Assembly (NCBI GenBank): GCA_963667015.2
Contig: CAXXJJ010000004.1
Location: 96,001 to 160,000, forward strand
Reading direction: 5' to 3'
Source of the DNA: Desulfatiglandales bacterium
GTDB lineage: Bacteria; Desulfobacterota; DSM-4660; Desulfatiglandales; HGW-15
DNA: 64,000 bases
Positions 21,671 through 31,237 of this stretch are shown one piece after another. Under the pieces are notes generated by a model. That model had not been told where the DNA came from and searched no databases. It was given only the letters and a program-made list of their open reading frames with translations. Numbering within the stretch: the stretch's first letter is position 1; every line of letters begins with the position of its first letter. Both the position numbers and the translations under genes were made by a program.

Positions 21671-21934
21671 ATGAAGAAAGCTATGATAACGTTTTTGATT
21701 ACCCTTTTTTTCTCTCCGGTTTTATTTTCAATTGAAATTGCAGGTGTTAAGGTGCCTGACAGTATTACAGCCGGAGAGACCAGGCTTGCTTTAAACGGTG
21801 CCGGAACAAGAACAAAATATTCTTCATCAAAGGTTAATATAAAAGGATTGGAATTCAAAAAAGCCCTTTTCGGAATCTGGCTCTGTGACAAACCTGCGCA
21901 AAAGAGTCTGAAACAGGAAATGCTTGGGAAGTGA
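21671..21934 (+). pseudogene. Chalcone-isomerase-like family gene with internal deletion
   Basis: Signal peptide + EIAGV...LNGAGTR fused to FKKALFGIWL.DKPA..LK.EMLG; only 87 aa. Confidence 0.65.
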
Positions 21935-22479
21935 TAAAAAAGGTTAGCGATCAGGGGAATTAGATCGAGCCTATCTTCTGGCAAAATTTCGTAAAAACAA
22001 TCAATAAAGCTCGCTTAGATATGAATATTCCTTATTGTATCAAAATCAGAGGAAGTATTAACTTCAATCACAATTTTTTATTTGTTATCGATAGTATTTT
22101 AATAATATAATTATATCTTTAACTTGTAAGATTGGAAAGTTTTGGTTAAATAGCCAGAAATAATTAAAATCTTAATGTTCCAGATGAAGACTATTGAAAT
22201 CTCAAATGTTGATTTTCAAGCGACCTTCAACTCACTAAATTTGAAACACCTATTCAAAAAAATAATTTAATACTGCTGATCATTTTTACAGTGGAATAAA
22301 TTACCATTGAATTTAAAATTAAAAATCACAATGTCTGCTTCATAAACGAAAAAAACCGGTTACTCTATTCTTAACATTTTCCAGGTCAATTTTATGAATC
22401 TCTATTTTTGGCATTAAAAGCTAGGTTTTTTTGTTTTTAATCAATTAATAGATTTATTAACAAAAAAGGAGGATAGAAT

Positions 22480-23544
22480 ATGTCCAAGAAGCTATTTATC
22501 AGTGATGTTCATTTGGGTGCCGGTAGATTCAGTGAAGAGAGCCAGGAAAATAAAAAATATAAAAACGAATGGGACTGGCTTTCGATTGAAGAAACTAAAA
22601 ATTTTATAAATTTTATTCGGTTTCTTCATTCAAGTTATATTAACGAAATAGAGGAGGTCGTATTGCTGGGGGATATTTTTGATAATTGGGTTTTTCCATA
22701 CGATATGGTTCCTCCTACCATAGAGGAGTTAATGAGTGCGCCGAAGAATTTATCAGTTGTGGAAGAATTGAAAATACTTTCTCAAAAAACAAAAGTCTAT
22801 TATGTTCCAGGTAATCACGATATGAACGCGACAGTTGAAATCATGGAAAGTATATTTCCGGGAATTATCTACTGCCCCAAAATATTCTCGAGCGGACGCT
22901 TGATTGCAGAACACGGGCATCGTTACGCACTGTTCAATGCTCCTCCGCGTTTTTCTAAAAATATAATGGGATATCCCCTGGGCTACTTTATTTCAAGAAT
23001 TGAAGCCACCAAAATGGCTTTGACAAATAGTCAAGCACGTTCTTATCATACTTACGTGGACGATTTTATTGAGATGTTTGGTGAGCAGACATTACCGCAA
23101 AGCGTTTTTGAAGCAGTTATTGAAGAAGCCGGGCTTGATGAGAATATTGAATTTAAGATAAAACGAAAAAACGGGCTCGTACAATCTGTGTCAGCGAGAG
23201 AGGTGAAAGAAGTTTATAAGGATATTTATAATGATTGGCCGAACTCAATTGTTTCCAAACAGCGCGCGGTTTTTGCAGAACTCGATATGCTTGGCCCTAT
23301 AGCGGATAAGATTTGTAAAGATGGATACTACCAAGTCTGTATTTTAGGGCACAGCCATAAAAGTGACATTGATAAGGACACATGGTTTGTGAATAAGAGG
23401 ATCTACGCAAACTCAGGTTATTGGTGCGGTGAGAATTGCACGTTTATTGAAGCGGAAAAAACAAATGAGGGCTATGATGTAAATCTCGTAAGATGGATGG
23501 GTAATAATGAGGTCGCACGGGAGAAGAACGAATCAATACCATAA
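22480..23544 (+). CDS. Calcineurin-like metallophosphoesterase
   Basis: SDVHLG, LGDIFD, GNHD, EHGH and GHSH motifs all present. Confidence 0.85.
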   Translation: MSKKLFISDVHLGAGRFSEESQENKKYKNEWDWLSIEETKNFINFIRFLHSSYINEIEEVVLLGDIFDNWVFPYDMVPPTIEELMSAPKNLSVVEELKILSQKTKVYYVPGNHDMNATVEIMESIFPGIIYCPKIFSSGRLIAEHGHRYALFNAPPRFSKNIMGYPLGYFISRIEATKMALTNSQARSYHTYVDDFIEMFGEQTLPQSVFEAVIEEAGLDENIEFKIKRKNGLVQSVSAREVKEVYKDIYNDWPNSIVSKQRAVFAELDMLGPIADKICKDGYYQVCILGHSHKSDIDKDTWFVNKRIYANSGYWCGENCTFIEAEKTNEGYDVNLVRWMGNNEVAREKNESIP

Positions 23545-23962
23545 TATTATTGTAATACGACTTCATTTTAAAAAACAGTGAGGCCGTTATAGACATGCTC
23601 TTTTATGGCCTCGCTATATGTTAAAACAGATTTCATTTAGACTGTTACCTGGACTCTGGGCATAGCGAAAAGAGACGTGTAATCTGCTCAGAAAGAACAT
23701 GATGGACTTACCTCAGAAGATGGACTTTCATCAATATTATCAATCCAGTATGCTTATTAGCAAATGGTTATTTCCCTTTCGATTTAAAAAATTCAGTTAG
23801 ATTTTTCCTTATATCTATGGTATACATTAACCGTTTTAAATTTGCATATGTTATTGCTTTAACCCACGATATTTAACGTATTAAATTTTAGTCTTAACGC
23901 AACGCCTTTTTTATATATGTTGTTTTTTAACGCGTGTTAACTCATCTGGAGACACATCAACA

Positions 23963-26017
23963 ATGCCTGACTATAAAAGAAAACTTGCCGCTATATTCAG
24001 CGCGGATGTTGCCGGTTACAGCCGCCTCATGGGAGATAATGAGGCACTTACTGTAGAGACCCTTACAGAATACAGGGAAGTGATGTATTCATTGATAAAG
24101 CAGCACAGGGGTCGTGTAATCGATTCACCCGGGGATAACCTGCTTGCTGAGTTTGCCAGTGTTGTTGATGCAGCCCAGTGTGCAGTAGCCATCCAGAAAG
24201 AAATACAGTCAAGAAATCTCTCCCTGCAGGAAGACCGCAGGATGCAGTTTCGTATCGGTATCAACCTTGGTGATGTGATTGAAGAAGGTGAAAGTTTATA
24301 TGGCGACGGTGTTAATATAGCAGCCAGGCTTGAGTCGCTGGCTGACCCGGGCGGTATCTGTATATCAAAGACGGCCTTTGATCATATAGAAAGCAAGCTT
24401 CCCCTGGGTTATGAGTTTATAGGAGAACAGACTGTTAAGAATATTTCAAAACCTGTGTTTGCCTATAAGGTTATTATGGATCCAAGGGTTGTTACAGCCA
24501 GCATAATTAAAAGGGTAAAAAATAAATCATTTTGGTCGATCAGAAACCTTCTCATTACATGCGGGATCGTTGTTCTTCTTTTGATTATCGCCTCTGTTTT
24601 GGGCATTATTCCCAGGTGCTCTGCTCCTAAGACAGCTAAAAGGGATGACCAGAGGCCTTCTATCGTGGTGCTGCCATTTAGAAATATGAGTGGTGATCCC
24701 GGTCAGGAGTCCTTCAGTGATGGCATTACTGAAGAATTGATTCATTCTCTTGCCAGAATAGATGGACTCAGGCTTATCTCCCGAACAACCTCTTTCTATT
24801 ATAAGGGTAAGAATGTTTCTCTTCCCACAATAGGAAATGAGCTGGGCGTTACACACGTGCTGGAAGGCAGTGTAAGGAAGGATGAGAATAATCTGCGTGT
24901 TACTGTGCAGCTTATAAGTGTGGCTGATGATACACACCTCTTGTCCCTTACCTACGACCGGGAACTGAAAGATATCTTTGTTGTTCAGGAAGAAATATCA
25001 AAAGCTGTTGCTGAAAAATTGAAGATTAAACTTTTGGGGAATGAATATGAAAACGAAGCCCCATCAATAGTTGAACACGAGCGTCGTGTCGGCATTAATG
25101 TTGTGATTGACGATGATGAAATAATAACAGGAGGTCTCCTTGCTACCGGTTTTAATATTGATATGGCCGGTTCAGTAAAAGGGGGGCTTAAGGTATATGG
25201 CGCTAATGTTGAGATCTCGGGTATCAGCCAGGATGTGGTAGATTTCTGGGCAATGAACGCTACACTTTCAGGTGATTTTAAGGATAAGGTTAAGGGATCA
25301 GCAGAAAAACTTACTATATCGGGTACATTTGAAAAAGATCTTGAAATTGATGCCAGGAAAATAACCATTACCTCAACAGCCGTGATCAATGGAGATTTTA
25401 TTTATTCCGGTGTGCTTGACAGAAAAGACGGTTCCCGGATAAACGGTGAAATTACAGAGACAAAAAAGGTCACTCCGGAAGCCTTCTCCTTTGAGGAGAT
25501 GCCTGAGGAAAAAAGCGGATTGGCAATTATACTGGGAAAACTTTATTGGTGCGCCTGTTTTTTTATTTTAGGCGTTTTCGCATATTTCCTCTTTCCAAAA
25601 CAGAATGAAAAAATATTATCTGCCATTTCATGTAATTCATTTTTTAAAACCATTTGGAAGGGATTTTTATTTATTATTACTTCTACTGTCATAATTGTCC
25701 TGGCATTCCTTTCATTTGTGGGAATATCTGTCGGAATTATTTATTCATGCTTTTTTAGTATTATCATGAGCTCAGCGCTGCTTTATGGTTATCTATGGGC
25801 CGGTAGAAAACTGTTGAACCTCATAAAGGCTTCTTTTGCAGATAAATATTTTATCTCATTAATCACTGGAATTATTGTAATTGAGGCCTTGTCAATGATT
25901 CCATATGTTGGCTGGATTGCAAAGGTTATTCCCTTTTTACTGGGGGTAAGCGCAATGTGGCAGGTAACACGAGCCGCTTTAAAATCTGAAAAAGCAGAGG
26001 TCCAGACAGAAAGTTAA
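23963..26017 (+). CDS. Class III adenylate/guanylate cyclase + TM + TolB-N-like domain + beta-helix-like and multi-TM C-terminus
   Basis: ADVAGYSRL, GDNL, GDGVNIAARLE; SIVVLPFRNMSGDP...SDGITEELI; repetitive beta strands then 4-5 TM. Confidence 0.85.
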   Translation: MPDYKRKLAAIFSADVAGYSRLMGDNEALTVETLTEYREVMYSLIKQHRGRVIDSPGDNLLAEFASVVDAAQCAVAIQKEIQSRNLSLQEDRRMQFRIGINLGDVIEEGESLYGDGVNIAARLESLADPGGICISKTAFDHIESKLPLGYEFIGEQTVKNISKPVFAYKVIMDPRVVTASIIKRVKNKSFWSIRNLLITCGIVVLLLIIASVLGIIPRCSAPKTAKRDDQRPSIVVLPFRNMSGDPGQESFSDGITEELIHSLARIDGLRLISRTTSFYYKGKNVSLPTIGNELGVTHVLEGSVRKDENNLRVTVQLISVADDTHLLSLTYDRELKDIFVVQEEISKAVAEKLKIKLLGNEYENEAPSIVEHERRVGINVVIDDDEIITGGLLATGFNIDMAGSVKGGLKVYGANVEISGISQDVVDFWAMNATLSGDFKDKVKGSAEKLTISGTFEKDLEIDARKITITSTAVINGDFIYSGVLDRKDGSRINGEITETKKVTPEAFSFEEMPEEKSGLAIILGKLYWCACFFILGVFAYFLFPKQNEKILSAISCNSFFKTIWKGFLFIITSTVIIVLAFLSFVGISVGIIYSCFFSIIMSSALLYGYLWAGRKLLNLIKASFADKYFISLITGIIVIEALSMIPYVGWIAKVIPFLLGVSAMWQVTRAALKSEKAEVQTES

Positions 26018-26045
26018 AGACCCGCATTTTTCCCTGGCAAGTCGA

Positions 26046-28295
26046 TCAGGAACTGAAATTATTAACATAATTATTTAATTGATCACATAATTCAAAAGAA
26101 ACTTCACAGTCCATACCCTCAACACTCAATACCGGAACTGCCCCAATAAGTGAATTTGTTATGATCAGATTGTCCGAAGGACTCAGGTCGACGATGGATA
26201 TGCATCTGTCTGTTATATAGTAACCTTCTGCTTTCAGGAATTCACAGACATTCTTTTCCATTACGCCTCTCAATACATGTTGTGAAGCGGGTCTGATAAC
26301 CTTTTTTCCCCTTATTACCAGAATATTTGCGGTATTAGTTTCTGATATGCTTTTATCTGGATTTAAAATAATTGCTTCATCAAACCCGTTTTCTTTTGCC
26401 CATTTTCCGGCCATAAAATAGTAGAGATAATTAAGTGTTTTATGGTCAGCGAGTGGAGACTGTCTTGGCGGCGGATATATACCCAGCCTGAGGCCTCTTT
26501 CCTTTTTGCCTTCAAGCCTGTGGGTATATTTTTTTGCTGTTACAAAAATATTGTGATTATAGGGGGGCAGAACCCTGTCCCCATGGGTGGTCATGATCTT
26601 TACTGCAGCGGCACTGCTATCCAGATCATTTCTGAGGATAACCTGGCTGATTATTTCATCCCATGTGAGGTCGGGAAAGGGCCTGTTAAACAGGATTTTC
26701 CATGCCAGTTTAAACCTTTCCATATGATCTTCAAGAAATAGAATTTTGCCTGAATCAACCCTTATTGTCTCAAAAAATCCATAGCCGTACTGCAACCCGA
26801 GGTCAGTAATGGGTACATTTCCTGCTGATAATGTTTTCAGAGATCCGTTTATCCAGGCGATCGGTTCACTTAATTCTTCCGCTTTAATCTGCTGCAGGGT
26901 TTCCATTATGGTTTTTCCTTTATGAAGGGTTTCCCTGAACTCATCCAGTGGATCAGAATCATATACAACTCCTCCACCAAAGGAAAAATATATCCTGTTA
27001 TTATGTATTATGGCAGTGCGTATCGCTATTGAAAGGCCCATGCTTTTATGAAAACTTATATACCCTATGGAACCGGTATAAACATGTCTCCTGTTAGGCT
27101 CCAGTTCGTCTATTATTTCCATGGATCTGATCTTGGGGCATCCTGTTATTGACCCTCCAGGAAAAGTTGCCTTGAGAAGATCCACTTCATCGCACTCCTT
27201 TCTGAGTGTGCCTTCCACTATGCTCACGAGGTGATAGACGTTTTCATAGGCCTCAAGACGCTTGTGCTCCTTTACCTTTACAGATGACGCCTCACACACC
27301 TTTCCTATATCATTTCTCATAAGGTCAACGATCATGGAAAGTTCAGCCTCATCTTTTTTGCTGTTTTCCAGCTGAGACCTGAATAACTTATCCTCTTCGT
27401 CTGTCTTTCCTCGTGGCTTTGTGCCCTTAATGGGCCGGGTCTCGATATAATTCCCCTTCATGTTTAAAAATCTTTCAGGAGAAGTTGAAACAATGTGATG
27501 GTCTCCGGCATTAATATACGCAAAAAACGGGGCAGGATTTCTATTGTATAACTTTTCAAAGAGCTTGAAAGGATCGCCTGAAAAATCCATCTCAAAACGC
27601 TGGGTCATGTTAACCTGATACACATGGCCTGAAGATATATAATCTCTTATTTTTACAATAGCTGATTCGTAATCTTCCTGTGTGAAATTTGAAATACATT
27701 TACTTTTTGATGTTTTTTCACTTTCCTGTGAAATCCCCTGAGCGCCGCCTGTTTCCATTAACAGTGTTTCTGCATCCTCAAAAGATAAAAGAGGGAAACC
27801 ATTCCTTTCAGGAATACAGAGCGTTTCCTCTTTTGTAACTTTGTCGTGTATGAGGATTATAGAAGGAATGGTAAGGTAGACAACAGGCAGATTCAGATCA
27901 TCAATGGATGTGCGAGGCAGTTTTTCCAGATAATCCTTGAGATCATAGGAGAGATAACCCAGGAGGCCGGCGCCTACAGGTATTGAATCAGACGGGTCCT
28001 TGATTTTACAGGAATTTAGTATGGTTTTTAAAGCGTCAAAGGGATCTCCCTTAAACCTGTGATTTTCAGTGTTATCGCTTATGGTTATATAATCGCCTTT
28101 ACCGGAAAAGGTTAACAATGGTCTTATTCCCAGTATATGATAACGTGAACAATCCAGGTCGCCGCCGCTCATGAGGAGAGTTGTTCCGGGTTCGTGTGAA
28201 AAGCCCGCAGCAATACTTATGAAGTCTTCACCCGTATTAATCTTTTTATGCCTGATTCCTGTGAGGCTTTCTGCCAGTTTTTGAATCTCAATCAT
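26046..28295 (-). CDS. pabB: Aminodeoxychorismate synthase component I fused to class IV aminotransferase (PabB-PabC)
   Basis: SPERF, RPIKGT, MIVDLMRND, PGGSITGCPK; then GYGFFET, HKTLNY, ETNTAN. Confidence 0.9.
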   Translation of the reverse strand: MIEIQKLAESLTGIRHKKINTGEDFISIAAGFSHEPGTTLLMSGGDLDCSRYHILGIRPLLTFSGKGDYITISDNTENHRFKGDPFDALKTILNSCKIKDPSDSIPVGAGLLGYLSYDLKDYLEKLPRTSIDDLNLPVVYLTIPSIILIHDKVTKEETLCIPERNGFPLLSFEDAETLLMETGGAQGISQESEKTSKSKCISNFTQEDYESAIVKIRDYISSGHVYQVNMTQRFEMDFSGDPFKLFEKLYNRNPAPFFAYINAGDHHIVSTSPERFLNMKGNYIETRPIKGTKPRGKTDEEDKLFRSQLENSKKDEAELSMIVDLMRNDIGKVCEASSVKVKEHKRLEAYENVYHLVSIVEGTLRKECDEVDLLKATFPGGSITGCPKIRSMEIIDELEPNRRHVYTGSIGYISFHKSMGLSIAIRTAIIHNNRIYFSFGGGVVYDSDPLDEFRETLHKGKTIMETLQQIKAEELSEPIAWINGSLKTLSAGNVPITDLGLQYGYGFFETIRVDSGKILFLEDHMERFKLAWKILFNRPFPDLTWDEIISQVILRNDLDSSAAAVKIMTTHGDRVLPPYNHNIFVTAKKYTHRLEGKKERGLRLGIYPPPRQSPLADHKTLNYLYYFMAGKWAKENGFDEAIILNPDKSISETNTANILVIRGKKVIRPASQHVLRGVMEKNVCEFLKAEGYYITDRCISIVDLSPSDNLIITNSLIGAVPVLSVEGMDCEVSFELCDQLNNYVNNFSS

Positions 28296-28866
28296 TTAAA
28301 ATTCCTAAATCAAGAAAATTTTGAATTATCGTAAATCCGTGTTCGGTTAAAAAACTTTCAGGATGAAACTGAACACCATGAAGAGGATATTCAGGGTGTG
28401 ACAGCCCCATTATTACATTATCCTCACTTTTTGATGTTATCGTCAGGGCATCGTCCTTTGGTTTAACCATTAATGAATGATATCTTGCCGCGAGAAAATT
28501 TTCAGGCACATTCTTGAACAACCCCTGGCTGTTATGCTTGATAATGCTTGTTTTGCCGTGCATGGGAAGAGGGGCCTTTACTGTCTGACCGCCAAAAAGC
28601 TCATTGATGCACTGCATTCCCAGGCATACGCCAAGTGTTGGTAACTTTTTATAATAATGTCTTATAAGGGGGATCGAAACCCCTGTGTGGGAAGGATCCT
28701 TTGGACCCGGGCTTATAAGTATATAATCGGGCTCAATTTGTTCAGCCTCCTCAAGGGTAATTTTATCGGCCCTGTGAACAAATATCTCCAGATTATAATC
28801 CATGAACATCTGGACAAGGTTATATGTGAATGAATCATAATTGTCTATAACCAGAAGTCTTGCCAT
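28288..28866 (-). CDS. pabA: Glutamine amidotransferase component II (PabA/TrpG family)
   Basis: IDNYDSFTYNL, SPGP, GVCLG, RYHSL, QFHPES; overlaps the pabB start; ATG 28866 with GGAG. Confidence 0.9.
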   Translation of the reverse strand: MARLLVIDNYDSFTYNLVQMFMDYNLEIFVHRADKITLEEAEQIEPDYILISPGPKDPSHTGVSIPLIRHYYKKLPTLGVCLGMQCINELFGGQTVKAPLPMHGKTSIIKHNSQGLFKNVPENFLAARYHSLMVKPKDDALTITSKSEDNVIMGLSHPEYPLHGVQFHPESFLTEHGFTIIQNFLDLGILND

Positions 28867-28893
28867 TAATGTCTTCAACTCCGTTTAAAGAAA

Positions 28894-29030
28894 GTTCAAA
28901 TACCGGTGAAAAGGAATATCCGGCGATGCTCTAAAGAGCTATGCTGTGGTCCATTTCAGGTATTCCAACGGTTAAAATAAAAAAGCCACCCCGACCTTTA
29001 GAGTCTGGATGGCTTTCACCTAGTGCATAA
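28894..29030 (-). promoter_or_regulatory. Structured 5' leader of pabA: terminator-like hairpin followed by a long stem-loop
   Basis: Minus strand AAAGCCATCCAGAC-loop-GTCGGGGTGGCTTT + U tract; then GTTGGAATACC-TGAAATGGA...TCCTTTTCA-CC-GGTATTTGAAC. Confidence 0.55.
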
Positions 29031-29109
29031 CTCGATTGAATTTGTTCTTAATATATTTTAATTATCGGGTCAAGGAATTCCTTGATCGGTGCCAGAATGA
29101 GAGAATAAG

Positions 29110-29181
29110 CGGGTGGACATGCAGGTTCCACCCCTGCAAAAATGGGTATATTATCGTAGTTGCAGACCTACGTGTCTGCCT
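29110..29181. repeat. Back-to-back pair of degenerate GTAG-type REP-like palindromes
   Basis: Minus GCAG-GGGTGGA-ACCTGCATG-TCCACCC (29110-29138); plus GTAG-TT-GCAGAC-CTACGT-GTCTGC (29156-29181). Confidence 0.55.
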
Positions 29182-29260
29182 GTCGGCTTTGATGAATGAA
29201 AATATATTTGTCGATTAATAGCCGTAAGTTGATTTTAGGTAATTAATAATAAAAAAATAT

Positions 29261-29289
29261 TTGACATTACCGACTGTTAGTGAGAATAT
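29261..29289 (+). promoter_or_regulatory. Putative sigma70 promoter of the leu-ilv leader
   Basis: TTGACA-N17-GAATAT with TG upstream of the -10. Confidence 0.5.
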
Positions 29290-29331
29290 ATCCAAATATT
29301 TTTTACTGAATCAACGGATAAATAGATTAAA

Positions 29332-29430
29332 ATGAATAAAAACACTATCAATATTATCAGCGGAAATTTAGTAGAGGTGCTACTAGTCGTAGTAAGCCTT
29401 CTGGTGCTAGGGGTATACCGCCAGGCCTGA
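29332..29430 (+). CDS. Ile/Leu/Val-rich attenuator leader peptide (32 aa)
   Basis: MNKNTINIISGNLVEVLLVVVSLLVLGVYRQA*; 16 of 32 residues are I/L/V, with CTA and GTA codons. Confidence 0.85.
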   Translation: MNKNTINIISGNLVEVLLVVVSLLVLGVYRQA

Positions 29431-29461
29431 TAATGGGATAGTTAAAAAAAAGATCAAATAT

Positions 29462-29504
29462 AAATCCGTTATCAGGCCCGCCTGATAACGGATTTTTGTT
29501 GTTT
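29462..29504 (+). terminator. Attenuator terminator of the leu-ilv cluster
   Basis: 15-bp perfect stem AAATCCGTTATCAGG/CCTGATAACGGATTT + T tract; competing arm GGCCTGATAATGGGA at 29424-29438. Confidence 0.85.
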
Positions 29505-29677
29505 GCGCTGCAATATTCGGAATAGAAAAAGGAATAAACTGATATGACAGATACGATTATTGAAATGGAGATATTTGCCACAGGTCCTGCAGGTCAGGGT
29601 CTGTGGAGGGTCCTTCAATGGGTTCTCTATTAATGTTACATAAAAATAATTAACTAATTAACGGAGGAATACCCCGA

Positions 29678-31219
29678 ATGGACAGAGTAATATTTTTTGA
29701 TACAACACTGAGAGATGGAGAGCAATCACCCGGCGCCAGCATGAACACAGCTGAAAAAGTGCGCCTGTCAACACAGCTTGAAAAACTGGGGGTTGATGTT
29801 ATAGAAGCAGGTTTCCCGGCGGCATCACCGGGAGACTTTGAAGCGGTTCAGGCAATCAGTCGGAAGGTAAGCAAGATACAGGTTGCAGGGCTTGCACGCA
29901 CTTCAAAGGAAGACATTGACAGGGCATGGGGTGCAATAAAGGATGCGGCCTATCCGAGGATACACACTTTTATCGCAACATCCGATATCCATTTGAAACA
30001 TAAACTCAAGATGGACAGAGATGAAGTTCTTAAAACAGCCTACGATTGCGTTAAATACGCCAAATCCTTTACTGATAATGTTGAATTTTCTGCAGAGGAT
30101 GCATCAAGAAGTGATAGGGATTTTCTGTGCAAGGTCCTTGAGGCCGCTATTAATGCAGGCGCCACAACAGTCAATATCCCTGATACTGTTGGATACGCAC
30201 TGCCCAATGAATTCGGTGAATTGATAAGCTATATAAAAAACCATACCCCTAATATTGATCAGGCAGTTATAAGTGTCCACTGTCATAATGACCTCGGGCT
30301 TGCAACCGCTAATACAATGGCAGGGTTGATCGCCGGAGCAAGGCAGGCTGAGGTAACCATAAATGGAATAGGTGAGAGGGCAGGTAACACCAGCCTTGAA
30401 GAGATAGCCATGAGCCTGCATACAAGAAGAAGCATGCTGGATCTGGACAGCACTATTGTCACACAGGAAATAGTCCCGACAAGCCGCCTGGTCTCAATGA
30501 TTACCGGTATTGTAGTTCAGCCCAACAAGGCTATTGTAGGCGCCAATGCCTTTGCACATGAGGCCGGTATTCATCAGGACGGTGTTCTTAAAAACAGGAT
30601 GACCTATGAGATTATGGAGCCGGGAATGGTCGGTCTTACATCAAACCGGCTTGTTCTCGGAAAACATTCAGGCAGACATGCCTTCAGGGATAAACTTAAC
30701 GATCTTGGCTATGATCTTTCAAAGGAAGAAATTGACAAGCTGTTTCTGAAGATGAAGGAGCTGGCTGATAAAAAGAAGGAACTGCTGGATGAGGATATTG
30801 ATGCCCTGGTTGCAGAAGAACACCTCAGGATTCCCGATATCTATAAACTGGATTACCTGAATGTGGTGAGTGGAACTGTAACCATCCCTACTGCCACGGT
30901 TATTTTGATGATAGAGGGAGAAAGGAACCAGAGTTCAGGATTTGGTGTAGGGCCTATTGATGCAACATTTAATACCATTGCAAAGATGACCGGAACAACG
31001 TCCAACCTTGTAAGATTTGCTGTAAACTCCATAACAGGCGGTATGGATGCGCAGGGAGAGGTTACAGTAAGGCTTCAGGAAGACGGTTTACTGGCGCTTG
31101 GTAAAGGTACTGACCCGGACATTATTACTGCAGCGGCAAAGGCCTATATAAACGGATTAAACAGGATAAAATATCTGAAAAGAAATCCGTCAATAAATGC
31201 TCAGGAAAGAAGCTTATAA
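29678..31219 (+). CDS. leuA: 2-isopropylmalate synthase
   Basis: DTTLRDGEQ, HCHNDLG, GERAGN, HEAGIHQDG, regulatory domain. Confidence 0.96.
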   Translation: MDRVIFFDTTLRDGEQSPGASMNTAEKVRLSTQLEKLGVDVIEAGFPAASPGDFEAVQAISRKVSKIQVAGLARTSKEDIDRAWGAIKDAAYPRIHTFIATSDIHLKHKLKMDRDEVLKTAYDCVKYAKSFTDNVEFSAEDASRSDRDFLCKVLEAAINAGATTVNIPDTVGYALPNEFGELISYIKNHTPNIDQAVISVHCHNDLGLATANTMAGLIAGARQAEVTINGIGERAGNTSLEEIAMSLHTRRSMLDLDSTIVTQEIVPTSRLVSMITGIVVQPNKAIVGANAFAHEAGIHQDGVLKNRMTYEIMEPGMVGLTSNRLVLGKHSGRHAFRDKLNDLGYDLSKEEIDKLFLKMKELADKKKELLDEDIDALVAEEHLRIPDIYKLDYLNVVSGTVTIPTATVILMIEGERNQSSGFGVGPIDATFNTIAKMTGTTSNLVRFAVNSITGGMDAQGEVTVRLQEDGLLALGKGTDPDIITAAAKAYINGLNRIKYLKRNPSINAQERSL

Positions 31220-31237
31220 TAAAGAGAGGAAATTAAG

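Noticed and set aside
26046..28295. PabB-PabC fusion as a novelty, or as trpE
   Set aside because: Such fusions are known, and the class IV aminotransferase partner argues for pab rather than trp
28894..29030. Calling the pabA leader a THF or ZTP riboswitch
   Set aside because: Consensus nucleotides not recognised; kept only as an unknown candidate
29036..29581. ORFs 29036-29218 (+) and 29357-29581 (-)
   Set aside because: They overlap the REP-like elements and the attenuator; the supported coding unit is the leader at 29332-29430
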